DNA of 64,000 nucleotides from Flavobacterium sp. (GCA_016718345.1 JADKDN010000009.1:25563-89562); one strand, 5' to 3'; shown: positions 34,603-46,893, numbered from the stretch's first letter. The notes: generated by a model not told the origin, from the letters alone. Program-made: numbers and translations.

Positions 34603-37600
34603 ATGAAAAAAACAACTTGGACAATAGTTTTTTTATTAATCTTATCGTTTTCAAATATTTATTCACAAAATCGTCTTGTTAATGGTGATTTTGAAAACGG
34701 AGGTAATGGCGTAGGTTTTAGTATAAATAGTTCGCAGTACCTACAATTATCTCCTCCATTTTCAGGAAATACTTCTCCTGGGAATTATGCAGTTACAGAT
34801 AATCCTAAACTATTAAACACGGCTAATTTTATTGCTGGAGGAGATCATACTTCAGGTTCTGGAAAGATGCTTGTTGTAGATGCTACAACTTCTGGAGGAC
34901 AACAACGATTTTGGAGAGCTGGAGATAATGGAGGTGGAGCTTGTGGCTTGGCGGTAGGAACGGTTTATACATTCAGTTATTGGATAAAATCTGTATCAAC
35001 TCTTGTAACTGGGCCGAGTACACAGGCAGATATTAAGATCATTTTTAACAATGCCTCAAATATTACTTTAGTGTCTGGAAATACCTTTGCCCCGTTACCT
35101 GCTTCGGGATGGCAACAAGTCATTTATACCTTTACACCAACCAATCAATGTGTTAATATTGAGATTTATGATAACAATCTAAGTGCAATTGGGAATGATT
35201 TTGCTGTAGATGATTTTTCATTGACCGCTCCACCTGCCCCATTAACTATTTCGAGTTCAAAATTAAATCCATCTTGTCCAAGAGCTTCAGATGCAACAAT
35301 AGTAGCTTATCCTAATGGAGGTGTTGCTCCTTACACATTTTCTTTAGCAGGTACATCAACAGCAACTAATACATCTGGTATTTTTCAAGGATTAGCAGAA
35401 GGCAACTATACGGTTACTGTAACTGATTCTAACAATCCAGCTAGTGTAGCGACCACATCATCAATTTCTATTGTTGCACCGTTAGATTTAACATTATCTT
35501 CATCATCAACAGGTTGTAATTTTCCCGGCACACCAATAACACTTACAGCAGCAAACGGTGGAACTTCTTACAGTTGGACCGCTTCAACGGGAATTCAAAT
35601 TTTGGAATCTGACGATGTTGTTTTGGTCAATCCTCAGGAAACTACAACCTACACAGTAACTTCAACAACTTCGTCTTTAACAAAACCTAATTTAATTGAA
35701 AATGGAGATTTTGAATCGGGGACTTCAGGTTTTTTCTCAGATTATGGATATTCAACTTCAAATACAAGTGGTGCACAATTTGCTTATGGTGTTGTAAGCA
35801 ATCCGAAAAACTGGTTTGTTGATTTTGTTACGAGTACTGATCATAGCGGTTCTGGTAAGATGTTGGTTGCTGATGGCGCTACGAATCCTAATAAAGTTAT
35901 TTGGTCACAATCATTACCAGTTGAAAATAATAAACAATATACTTTTTCGTTTTGGGCTCAAAATTTAGTTGCTAGTAACCCAGCTCAATTTCAGGTTTTG
36001 ATAAATGGTGCGCCAATTACTATATCGCCTATATCAGCAGCTAATGGTTCCGCATCAGGTTGGACAAACATTACTGGAATTTGGAATTCAGTTAACGCCA
36101 CGATAGCTACGATAAAAATCATTGATACAAACACGGCCTCGAGTGGTAATGACTTTGCATTAGATGACATTTCTTTTAGTACACCAACTCCTAAAACTTG
36201 TAATCTATCTACTCAGTTAACAATAACTATTGGAGGTGTAAAGCCTATAACAAATTTTTCTTATCAAACTCCAGTTTGTAAAAGTGGTATAAATCCTATT
36301 CCATCTCCTGCTTTAGGTTTTACAAACGGAGGTGTATATTCTGAATTGACAGGCCTATTGTCAATTGATTCTGTTACTGGAGAAATAAATTTAGCAGCTT
36401 CACCTAGTGGAACTTATACAGTTAAATATCTCGTTGCAGAAAATTCAGAAATCTGTCAAGCGGAAGGATTTTCAACATTTGATGTAATTATAAACGATCT
36501 TTTGCCAGCACCAGTGGTAACAACTCCTGTTAATTATTGTATCAATGCATCTGCTACAGCATTGTCTGCTACAGCATTATCTGGAGCTACTCTAAATTGG
36601 TATGGTACAGATGAGACAGGGGGAGTAGCATCATCAATTCCTACCACACCATTAACAACTTCAATAGGCTCAACAACCTATTATGTGAGTCAAAGTGTTG
36701 GTGTTTGTGAAAGTTTGCGGGTACCAATTACAGTTACAATTAGTGATTTATCAATTCCAATATTTGCTGGTATACCACAATCAGTTTGTTCAGACTCAAC
36801 TGTGCAGACTTTACCAATAGCTTCAGCAAATAATATTCAAGGAACATGGAATCCAGCTATTATTAATACTACAGCGACTACAACATATGTTTTCACACCC
36901 AATTCTGGACAATGTGCAACAACTGCAACAGTAACTATTAATGTTAATTCTAGTACGGTTCCAACATTTAATGTTGTGGAACCAATATGTTCAGGAGTTG
37001 AACTTTCACCATTGCCTACAACATCTTTAAATAATATAATTGGTACTTGGTCACCAAATTTAGACAATACAATAACAAAAATTTATACCTTTACGCCAAA
37101 TTTAGGACAATGTGCGAGTAGTCAAACATTGACAATTTCAGTCAATTCGACTCCAGAGATTTCAGTATCAGCAGTTTGTGACGGAACGGATTTTGTTTTA
37201 AAAGTGAATCAAAATAATACGGATAATTTGGTATACTCATGGTATAATTCATCAGAAGAGAAAATAGGAAGTACACCTTCTATTAAAATTGATAAAGTAG
37301 GAAATTATGAAGTTGAGGTTGCTGATGGTGCATGTAAAGTTTCGAAAAATATTGAAGTAAATAGTATATATTGCGACATCCCAAAGGGAATTTCCCCAAA
37401 TGGAGATACTAAGAATGATTCATTTGATTTAACAAACTTTAGTGTAAATAAGCTAGAGATTTTTAACAGATATGGAATTAAGGTTTACACCAAATCAGGA
37501 TACAAAAACGAGTGGGATGGCACCAGCGACAAAGGCCAAGAATTACCAGACGGGACGTATTATTATGTAGTAGAGTTTGAGAGTGGTAAGTCCAAGACGG

Positions 37601-37629
37601 GCTGGGTTTATCTCAACAGAGAGCATTAA
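34603..37629 (+). CDS. T9SS type B CTD cargo / adhesin, paralog 2 (intact)
   Basis: Signal peptide; two NGDFE lectin-like domains; SprB-like GGVAPYTF...GNYTVTVTD repeat; Ig-like domains; type B CTD. Confidence 0.9.
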   Translation: MKKTTWTIVFLLILSFSNIYSQNRLVNGDFENGGNGVGFSINSSQYLQLSPPFSGNTSPGNYAVTDNPKLLNTANFIAGGDHTSGSGKMLVVDATTSGGQQRFWRAGDNGGGACGLAVGTVYTFSYWIKSVSTLVTGPSTQADIKIIFNNASNITLVSGNTFAPLPASGWQQVIYTFTPTNQCVNIEIYDNNLSAIGNDFAVDDFSLTAPPAPLTISSSKLNPSCPRASDATIVAYPNGGVAPYTFSLAGTSTATNTSGIFQGLAEGNYTVTVTDSNNPASVATTSSISIVAPLDLTLSSSSTGCNFPGTPITLTAANGGTSYSWTASTGIQILESDDVVLVNPQETTTYTVTSTTSSLTKPNLIENGDFESGTSGFFSDYGYSTSNTSGAQFAYGVVSNPKNWFVDFVTSTDHSGSGKMLVADGATNPNKVIWSQSLPVENNKQYTFSFWAQNLVASNPAQFQVLINGAPITISPISAANGSASGWTNITGIWNSVNATIATIKIIDTNTASSGNDFALDDISFSTPTPKTCNLSTQLTITIGGVKPITNFSYQTPVCKSGINPIPSPALGFTNGGVYSELTGLLSIDSVTGEINLAASPSGTYTVKYLVAENSEICQAEGFSTFDVIINDLLPAPVVTTPVNYCINASATALSATALSGATLNWYGTDETGGVASSIPTTPLTTSIGSTTYYVSQSVGVCESLRVPITVTISDLSIPIFAGIPQSVCSDSTVQTLPIASANNIQGTWNPAIINTTATTTYVFTPNSGQCATTATVTINVNSSTVPTFNVVEPICSGVELSPLPTTSLNNIIGTWSPNLDNTITKIYTFTPNLGQCASSQTLTISVNSTPEISVSAVCDGTDFVLKVNQNNTDNLVYSWYNSSEEKIGSTPSIKIDKVGNYEVEVADGACKVSKNIEVNSIYCDIPKGISPNGDTKNDSFDLTNFSVNKLEIFNRYGIKVYTKSGYKNEWDGTSDKGQELPDGTYYYVVEFESGKSKTGWVYLNREH

Positions 37630-37659
37630 TTTTTAAACAGTAATTAAACAAAACATAAC

Positions 37660-38583
37660 ATGAAGAAAATACATTTCATTGTCCTATTAGCCTTAGGTTT
37701 TTTAAGTGAGAGCCAAGCCCAACAAGACCCACATTATACGCAGTACATGTATAATATGAATGTTATCAATCCCGCCTATGCAGGTTCAAAAGAGAATCTT
37801 TCCTTTGGGTTGTTGTACAGAAAACAGTGGGTAGATATCGAAGATGCCCCATCCACATTTACCCTTTCAGGCTCTTCACCCGTTGGTAAGAATGTAGGGA
37901 TAGGACTGTCTGTTATTTCAGATAAGATAGGACCAGTAGAGGAAAACAATGTCTATGGAGATTTCTCCTACACCTTGAACCTAGGAGGAGAACATCGACT
38001 AGCCTTGGGTTTAAAAGCAGGTGCCACCTTTAACAAAGTAGACTTGTTAAGTGATATCGGAAACGGTTTTGTTCCAGATGCTGATGACCCAGCCTTCTCC
38101 AAAAACACCAACAATACTTTTTTAAATATTGGAACCGGATTATTTTACTACACCAATAAATATTATGTAGCCTTTTCCGTTCCTAATATGTTAAAATCAA
38201 CCCATTTGGATTACGATGGTAAGAAATTCGGTACCGAATCCCTACACTACTTCCTAACAGGAGGCTATGTATTTGATTTGAATCCTAATCTAAAATTCAA
38301 GCCTTTTGCGATGCTAAAATCAGCCTTTGATGCACCTCTATCTGTAGATGCTTCCACCAACTTTTTGATTTATGACAAACTCGAATTGGGAGCAACCTAT
38401 CGACTAGAAGACAGCTTTGGAGCGATGATTAACTTTGCCATTACCCCTAACCTAAGAATAGGATATGCCTATGACCATATCGTCTCTGATTTAAATGTAA
38501 CAACACCTTCGTCTCATGAGGTTATTTTGTTGTTTGATTTGAACTTCCCAAAGAAAGTTTCCCAATCACCACGATATTTCTAA
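37660..38583 (+). CDS. porP: T9SS PorP/SprF family outer-membrane protein
   Basis: QQDPHYTQYMYN...NPAYAG...YRKQW...IGYAYD...SHE; directly follows type B cargo. Confidence 0.93.
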   Translation: MKKIHFIVLLALGFLSESQAQQDPHYTQYMYNMNVINPAYAGSKENLSFGLLYRKQWVDIEDAPSTFTLSGSSPVGKNVGIGLSVISDKIGPVEENNVYGDFSYTLNLGGEHRLALGLKAGATFNKVDLLSDIGNGFVPDADDPAFSKNTNNTFLNIGTGLFYYTNKYYVAFSVPNMLKSTHLDYDGKKFGTESLHYFLTGGYVFDLNPNLKFKPFAMLKSAFDAPLSVDASTNFLIYDKLELGATYRLEDSFGAMINFAITPNLRIGYAYDHIVSDLNVTTPSSHEVILLFDLNFPKKVSQSPRYF

Positions 38584-38601
38584 CCTAAAGCAAGCCTAAA
38601 A

Positions 38602-40470
38602 ATGAAAAAACTATATATCATATTCAGTTTAGCACTAGTAAGCACTAGTCTCTGTGCCCAAACTACAGCCACCAAAAAAGCAGATAAGTTATTTAACCAA
38701 TACAAATATGTTGCCGCAACCGAAGAATACCTCAAACTGGTAAACAACGGCAAAGCCGATGGTTATGTATACAAACAACTAGCCGATAGCTATTACAACA
38801 TTTTCAATACAGCAGAAGCAGTAAAATGGTATGCCAAGGCAACAGAAACCAATCAAGAAGCTGAAACCTATTACCGTTATGCACAAATGCTAAAAGGCAA
38901 TGGTAAATACACAGAGGCAAATACACAAATGAAAAAATTTGCCAGTTTAGCTCCAAACGACCAACGTGCTAAAACATTCTTAGAAAACCCTAATTACATT
39001 CCACAATTGTTGGATAAAGCAAAACTATTTGATGTTAAAATACTCGATATTAATAGTGAAAAATCAGATTTTGGAGCCATTCTATACGACAACAGCCTTT
39101 ACTTCTCCAGCGCAAGAAATGCAGCTAGAAAAGAATACGGATGGAATAAAGAGCCTTTTTTAGACATTTACAGAGCCGATTATAATGCCGATGGAACCAT
39201 AACAAATCCTAGCACTGTAGATGCCTTAAATTCAAAATATCATGAAGGTTCGGTAACGGTAAGTGCCGATGGGAACAGTCTGTATTTTTCAAGTGATAGT
39301 TTTAGAGAATCTTCTTTTCAAAAAGACAAAGCAGCCAATCTAAAACAAGGAAGAAATAATCTATACAAGGCTACTAAAGAAGGGGATAGTTGGTCAAATG
39401 TAACCGCGCTACCTTTTAACAGCGCAGCCTACTCAATTAGCAACCCGAGTTTGAGTAGAGACGGAAAAACCTTATACTTCTCATCGGACATGCCAGGAAG
39501 TATTGGAGGAGTAGATATTTGGAAAGTAGCCGTAAATAAAGACGGAAGTTTTGGCAAACCGGAGAATTTAGGCATCAAAATCAACACCGAAGGAGCAGAG
39601 AGTTTCCCTTTTATCTCTGATGATAATACTACCTTGTACTACGCTTCTAGCGGCAAACCAGGTTTAGGAGGGTTGGATATCTTTAAAGCCGACTTGGCCA
39701 AAGGTACTGAAGCAGTGAACTTGGGCAAACCTGTCAATACAGAAAAAGACGACTTTGCTTTTAGCTTTAACAAAGACAAAAAAATAGGATTCCTATCCAG
39801 TAATAGAAATGGCAATGATGACATCTTTGGTGCTACTCCCATTTGTGGAGTACAACTCTTAGCACTAGTCACCGATGCTAAGACTAGTGCCATACTATCG
39901 AATGCTACTGTAGCTATAGTAGATGATAAAAGTAATGTTATCGCTACCGAACAATCTAATGAAAAAGGAGAAGTACGCTACGCTATAGAATGCGACAAAG
40001 CCTATGTCATTAAGGCTTCAAAAGACGGCTATGAAAGCAACACCTTTGCAGTAGCCAAAGGTAGAGAACCACAGGCAACAGTCAATGCTGCTTTAAACCC
40101 AATCGAAGCCATTGTCACCGAAACAGAGGTGGTATTACAGCCGATTTATTTTGATTTCGACAAACACAACATCACCCAAGCAGCAGCAACTGAGTTAGAC
40201 AAACTGGTTCAGGTGATGAAAAGCAACGATAAGTTAATCATACTAGCAAAATCACACACCGATTACAGAGGAAGCGATGCTTACAACCTAGCCTTATCCG
40301 ATAGAAGAGCCAAAGCAACCGTGCAATACATCATCTCTAAAGGAATATCCGCGAAGAGAATCACCGGGAAAGGATACGGAAGAACTGAACCAAAGGTAGA
40401 TTGTAAAGGCAATTGTTCCGATGAACAACATGCGCAAAATAGAAGATCAGAATTCTTGATTGTGAAGTAG
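38602..40470 (+). CDS. TPR-PD40-OmpA family protein (PorE-like)
   Basis: TPR N-terminus, PD40 repeats (LYFSSDMPG..GG.DI), OmpA motifs HTD..G...YN..LS.RRA and NRRSEF. Confidence 0.9.
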   Translation: MKKLYIIFSLALVSTSLCAQTTATKKADKLFNQYKYVAATEEYLKLVNNGKADGYVYKQLADSYYNIFNTAEAVKWYAKATETNQEAETYYRYAQMLKGNGKYTEANTQMKKFASLAPNDQRAKTFLENPNYIPQLLDKAKLFDVKILDINSEKSDFGAILYDNSLYFSSARNAARKEYGWNKEPFLDIYRADYNADGTITNPSTVDALNSKYHEGSVTVSADGNSLYFSSDSFRESSFQKDKAANLKQGRNNLYKATKEGDSWSNVTALPFNSAAYSISNPSLSRDGKTLYFSSDMPGSIGGVDIWKVAVNKDGSFGKPENLGIKINTEGAESFPFISDDNTTLYYASSGKPGLGGLDIFKADLAKGTEAVNLGKPVNTEKDDFAFSFNKDKKIGFLSSNRNGNDDIFGATPICGVQLLALVTDAKTSAILSNATVAIVDDKSNVIATEQSNEKGEVRYAIECDKAYVIKASKDGYESNTFAVAKGREPQATVNAALNPIEAIVTETEVVLQPIYFDFDKHNITQAAATELDKLVQVMKSNDKLIILAKSHTDYRGSDAYNLALSDRRAKATVQYIISKGISAKRITGKGYGRTEPKVDCKGNCSDEQHAQNRRSEFLIVK

Positions 40471-40489
40471 GGCAACCATTTTAGAATAC

Positions 40490-40518
40490 AAAACCGAGTT
40501 ATTTGACTCGGTTTTTTT
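40490..40518 (+). terminator. intrinsic terminator
   Basis: AAAACCGAGT-tatttg-ACTCGGTTTTTTT. Confidence 0.75.
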
Positions 40519-40859
40519 GTTTCAACAAGGTTAACTTAATTAAATTCTTTGTAAAATAATATTAGTATACGCCTACATCAATATAGAACTTTTAAACTTT
40601 AAAATAGATTTTGCATTGATTCGAGAAAAAAATTCGTCAATACGTTTGCGGTTAATGATAATTGAAAATTATTATAGCTTTGAAAAACATTATTTTTTAA
40701 AACACATGCAGAGTAATAAATCTTAAGGTAAATTAATTTTAGATGTATTGCGAAATGATTAATCGTATGTCTGCCACGTAGAAATTGTATATTAATTGAG
40801 TTTTTCATTATAAAAGAGGCTATTTAAGCCTCTTTATAATGTATTTAGCTAATGCTAAT

Positions 40860-42187
40860 TTAATTAGCCGTAATTTTAACATTATCAATTTCCCAAGTAG
40901 CGGCAGCACTAGTTGTAGAAGTATATTTAAAAGCAATATAAACGTTACCATTTCCTATTCCAGTATATGCTGAAATATCAACAAGTCCAGAGTTCGTCCA
41001 TACAAAATTACTGTTAACCGGAGCTAAAGTTGCAGTTAAGGTTGTCCAAGTTGCCGATTCAGGATTTCCAGAACCACTGTAATTTTTAGAAATCAAGACT
41101 GTTAACGCATTACCTGAGAATCTTGTAGCAGAATCGAAACTTAAAGAGGCTGATGTAACAGCAGATAAATCTTGGGCAGGAGTTATCAACCAATCTTCGT
41201 TACTATTGTTAGAACTATTAACAAAACCTGTCATTACTACACACGGAGCTGGATTACCAAATCGTGTTTCTATTTTCCAAACTTGGGCTCCAGTAGCACT
41301 GAAATTTATCCATTCAGATAATCCACTATCAAATGTTTCATTAAAAGCAGGAACAAAGCGAGGATTATTTAATTGTACATCGTTCTCTGTTCTTGGCATG
41401 AACTGATAAAATGTTCTAAATTTAGTCATAACTCCTCTAACTTTTCCACTACCAGTAGGCCTTTTTTTCAAACCAAAAACAGAGTAGGAGCTCACCCGGA
41501 ATGTCGTAGTATTTCCATCAGCATCTACTAAAATATTATTGGTAGCGCCTCCTATTTCATTATTAGAATTATAATATGTTTTATCAGGATCATTCTCTTT
41601 AAATTGAACATTATCAAATTCAATTAATTTATTCAAATATGAATCGTTCTCAGCTTCTTTTACAGAAGATAGACGAATTACGATATTATCTTCATTTATT
41701 TTTGAACAAGAACTTGTAATTACGTCTCTGTAGTGTATCCTGAAATTCTTCCTACTTCATCATCAGATGTTATATCTGGAGTATAATTGTTAAATAAGGA
41801 ACCAATTACCGTTGATCCAAATTCTGTTACAAAATAGCGATCTTTCATATTGACATAAACTTTTCTTCCAGGTTCAAATTTAGTGTAAAGGTTATAATCG
41901 TCAATTGGCATACTAAAACCTATCTTTCCGTCAATAGAAACTAATGAAATAGATTTGTAAAAATTACCTCCTTCATCACTTGAAGTGACATAGGCTTCTA
42001 TGATATCTTCGGTCTCATATTTTTTGTATGAGGGTGTTGCCTGAGAAGTTATATCAGAGACTTGTTTTGTTGGAGTTAGGTTTGAACATTCGCTAGATAA
42101 ATCTGGAACATCATAAATATCACTATTAACACAGCTTACTATAGTTGATAGAGTGAGAATTGAGATTATTGTTTTTAAAATTTTCAT
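40860..42187 (-). CDS. DUF5689-type lipoprotein with C-terminal cleaved-adhesin/choice-of-anchor J-like domain (indel near 41725)
   Basis: IVSC lipobox; VTSSDEGGNFYKSI; EDWLITP; YIAFKYTS...WEIDNV. Confidence 0.75.
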
Positions 42188-42193
42188 AATGTT

Positions 42194-42825
42194 TTATTTT
42201 ATAGTGTAGAGGTATAAATTATTGACTTGAAATAAGCCGTCAAGAGCAGTATCAGTACCTGATCCCTATTTGCTTTAAATCAATATAAATATTTTTGAAT
42301 TAGTATATTTGTTTAAACTAATTTCTCCTGAATTAATAAAGGTATATCCCTTAGTATTTCTGTCTGCAATTTTTGCATTTAGCTTAGTCCATTTTGCAGT
42401 TAGAACATTAGTTCCGTCAAAATTACTTGACACATATACTTCTAGTTTATTAGCATCACTTGAAACAAAATTTTGTGCCGTTTGAAAAGAAAATTTAACA
42501 TCTTCATATTCACTAATATCTAATGAGGGAGAAATTAACCAACTAACATTTTTTGAGTCTAGACTACCAAAAGTATTAAATTGTGCGTATCCGTCTTCTT
42601 CAAAGATTCTCTCAAACCACAAAACAGAACCTTTTTCTGCAAAATTTGTCCATCCTGTGAGATCTAATACTGTATTGTGTTGAATTTCATCAAGATTTTG
42701 AAAATCTTCGGAATAAAAAGGAATTTTTATTTCAGGAATAGCAAATTCATCATCATTAACGCAACTTGTAAACAACCCTAAACATAGAATTGACAAGAAA
42801 ATAGGTTTTATAAATATATTTTCAT
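42194..42825 (-). CDS. lipoprotein with cleaved-adhesin-like domain (indels at both ends)
   Basis: FTSC lipobox; SWLISPSLD; KLEVYVSSNFDG. Confidence 0.7.
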
Positions 42826-42837
42826 GGTTTAATTAAT

Positions 42838-45642
42838 TTAGAAGTTAAGATAAAAGTTTACAAAAAAGGTTCTTCCATAACCATAGAAATATTTCGGACC
42901 AAAAGAGCGCAAACTATTTCCGCTAACTAAATCTTCTTTCAAAAAAGGATACGTAGCTTTTCTAGATTGTTCGAAACCTCCTGTTTTATATTCAATATCA
43001 AAAACATTATTTATAGAAGCAAAGAATCCAAAAGTATCCTTTAATTCTCCATGATTTTCCTCCTGTAACATTTATTAATGTGAACGGATCAAACTTCTCT
43101 TGCTTTAATAATCCTCTAACAGACTCTTCAGTTACACCAGGATAGGAAACACCAGTTGTAGGATCAATTGTGAAATTATTTGTTCTTAAAATGCTCGAAA
43201 CATCTAAATAACTATTAGATAAATAATTGGCATTAGCTCCAATCCACCAAAATTTTGGGTCTCTGTATTCAATACCTGCTGAATAGGCTTGTTGTGGTGT
43301 ACCCGCCACACGATAATCTTTTAAGTACGCTTTACCTAAATCCACAACTGGTTGTGTGTTAACATCAGTTGCTTGAGCATCATTGTTAATTTTCAAATTA
43401 GGGTTGTTCGTAAAGATGTATTCACCATATGTAGCAGCTCCGGTAAGTTTAATTGTAGATGTTATTTGGTATTCAATACCTAATTCAACACCAATATTTT
43501 TTTTGTCAATTCCTGTTAGAATTTCACTAATAAAAGCATCTTCATTACCAGCATCAGTAGGGTCAGTATCATCAATACCTTCTCCGTAGTAGAAAGAAAC
43601 TTTAGTGGAATTTTCTACTCTTGAATAAAAAGTAGTTAATCTTGTCTTTAGTTTAGGTGTTTTTATGATATAACTTGCATCTGCGCTGCTAATAGTCTCA
43701 CTAGTTAAGTCAGGAGTAATGTTGTTATTTAAACGAGCATTAGAAAACGTATTTCTTAAATTAGGTGCTTTAGTTAAATAAGCAGCGTTGAAATCTAAGA
43801 AGTGTCTACCCGAAATTTTATAGGTTAATCCACCTTTAAAACCGAAATTTTCGAAGTTTACTTTAGCACTTTTACCTAATGAGTTTGTAGCATAAAGACC
43901 ATTTTTATACAACCCCTCTCTTTGATAAATTGATTTAGCATAAGTTTGAGAAAGATAAAAATCTACTTTTTTATATCTAAACTTAAACTGAGTAAATGCA
44001 TCAAAGGTTGTGGCAAATAGATTGTAATTGTAACCGTAAGTGTCACCAACTCCAATTTGTCTATTTGGATTGTTCAAATCAGACTGCATGGCGTCTGTGG
44101 AAATTTGTGAATTGAAAGGGTCAATATCAAGGAAATAGGCTCCACCCAATAAGTCTAATAAATTTTGAAAATTGTGCGATTTTAATTTTCTGAAATTTAC
44201 TCCCGCATTCATGCTTATGTTGTCTGCTAATGAAGTACTTAAAATAGAGTTTGCAGTCCATTGTCTGTCATCAGTTCTGTCTTCATACAAAACAATAGCA
44301 CTGTTACCAAGTTTTGTTTTTGATTTGCATCGTAAATAGCATTCCAATCCATTTGACGATTTCTTAAAAACCTTTGTTCTGCATCTGTTGCCTCGCTTAG
44401 ATTAGGAATCCAAACGCCATCATTAGTATGGTAATTCAAGAAATAGCTCGGAAGATTTTTATAGTAAGTAGGGTCAGGATTGTTTGCAGCTTGTAAATCA
44501 AGACGGCTGTTCCCTATGGATCCATATTGGTAAGCGAAATTAGTATTTAACTTCGTTTTGTCACTGATATTCCAATAGTGGCTTAGCATATTAATAGGCT
44601 CTTCTAAATCCTTGTCTCTAGAATTTCTTTTTTTACCATCTTGCCATCCCCAGTATGAATTATATTTAACACCACCAAGATCATTAACTTCCTGTGTATT
44701 TGGAGAGTTTTTTCCTCTGCTATTTTGAGCATAAATTGAAGTAAAATTCAAGGAATGTTTATCATTAAATTTCTTTTCAACACTCGCAAATAATGAATTT
44801 GCTGCATAATCAGTTCCTTCAAAGTAGCCTTCTTTTGCCCATCTTCTTGAACCTGAAACCACAAATGCCCAACCATCAGTACTCATACCTGATGCATAAG
44901 TACCCATGCCTCTCCAACTGTAATTAGTGTTTGTTCCTGAAAACGAAACTCGACCTCCTTTTCTGTAAATAGATGCTCTTGTATTGATTTCTTGGGTTCC
45001 AAGAATTCCTCCAAATGTATAATCAGAAGGTGCTGAACCAGACGTAAATTCTTGATTACGAGTAGCATCATTTAGTCCACCCCAGTTACCCCATTGTGGT
45101 CTACCGTCATAGATTTTATTCATCGTAATACCATTTATCATGGTAGTTGCATATTCATTGTCTAATCCACGAATTCTAAATCGTGCTTGACCCCAATTGA
45201 ACGCCGCAGATTGTTGGAATACATCTCTACTGGCTTGAAGTAAACCTGCTGTGTTTTCAGAGCCACTATTATCATCACCTAAATCATTTTCTGTGATGGT
45301 AATTAAACTCAATTGTTGTTCTTGAGTTTGGTCTTCTTCTAGGACAACTAGCCCTATATCTAATATTTTACCTGCGACAATTTCAATTTGTATTAATTGA
45401 TCTTTGTAGCCTTGAGTTCTAATTTGTAACAATTGTTTTCCTACCTCAACTGAATCAAAAGAAAATTTTCCAGTTGCATCCGTAGTTTGCATTAAAGTAG
45501 TGTTCAGAATTGTGGCAACAACGTTTTGCAATGGTTTTTGAGTTTTAGAGTCAACCACTTTTCCAGAAATTCCTGTGGCAGTTTGAGCGAAAACAAAACA
45601 CACTTGCATTACAAATAATGTACTAATAACAAGTTTTTTCAT
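42838..45642 (-). CDS. TonB-dependent receptor-like protein (two indels)
   Basis: Carboxypeptidase-regulatory N-domain, plug (FRIRGLD...INGI), barrel ending GRTFFVNFYLNF. Confidence 0.85.
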
Positions 45643-45781
45643 AAATTAAATTTAGTTAAATCGACTTTTTTTTAAAGAATAATCATTTATTAAGGGAAGC
45701 AAAGATACATTATTAATTAATATTATATACTTTTGCTCATAAGTTTATCTTAAATTTGATTTTAAATTAATTATAACATCT

Positions 45782-46893
45782 ATGAAAATTAAAAAAAACA
45801 TTATTTTATTATTTCTATTTTTAGCACTATGGAATGCTAATGCACAACAAAAGAAGTTTACTTTACACACAGTCGCTTTCTATAATTTCGAAAATTTATT
45901 CGACACTATAAATAATCCGAACAATGATGAAGAATGGTTGCCAAATGGAGCTCAAAACTGGACATCAAAAAAATATCATAAAAAATTAGAAAACCTTTCA
46001 CGTGTTTTATCCGAAATAGGAACAAATGAAATGAATCACAATGCTCCTACTTTAATTGGAGGTTGCGAAATTGAGAATAGAGGAGTTTTAGAGGATTTAG
46101 TAAAACAGCCTAAGTTAGCACCGTGGGATTATGGTATAGTACATTTTGATTCTCCTGATAAAAGAGGTATCGATGTTGCTTTACTGTATCAAAAGAAACA
46201 TTTTAAACCCACAAGCTATGTAAATATACCTTTGTTGATTTATAAAAATACGGCGGTTGTCAAAACTAAAAGCAATGATGAAACTGCTGAAGACAAAGCA
46301 GATTCTGACAAAATTATTGAAGCTGTTGGGGACAGAGTCTATACAAGAGATATTCTTTTAGTAACAGGTTTTTTAGATGGTGAAGAAGTTAATGTTATGG
46401 TGAATCACTGGCCATCTCGATCAGGTGGAGAGAAAAAAAGTAGTCCATTTCGTGAAGCCGCAGGGAAACTGAATAGAAAGATAATGGATTCTATTTATAA
46501 GATAAATCCAAATGCCAAAATTATAACTATGGGTGATTTAAATGACGGCTCCTATAATAAGAGTGTAAAAGAGGGCATAGGAGCTAAATTAAAGAAAACG
46601 GAAGTCAAAGAATTTGGGATTTACAATCCATTTGAGCAAATGGCAAAGAATGGAGAGTGCACGCTTTTTTATCGCGATGCTGGAGATATATTTGACCAAA
46701 TAATGGTTTCAGAAGCATTAATTAGAACAGATTTTAGTACTTTTCAATATTGGAAAGCTGGAATTTATAACAAGCCCTACATGATACAAACTACAGGTCA
46801 ATATAAAGGCTATCTTTCAGACATTCAGCAAACGAAATTGGTTTTAGTGACCACTTCCCAGTTTATATTTACTTGATAAAGGAACAAAAATAG
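45782..46893 (+). CDS. secreted endonuclease/exonuclease/phosphatase family nuclease (indel near 46815)
   Basis: FYNFENLFD, RGIDVALLY, NHWPSR, MGDLND; SDHFPV in the shifted frame. Confidence 0.88.

Noticed and set aside
40599-40808. 69-aa ORF between ompA and the DUF5689 gene
   Set aside because: Starts at the edge of a terminator-like hairpin in AT-rich intergenic DNA; no motif or promoter
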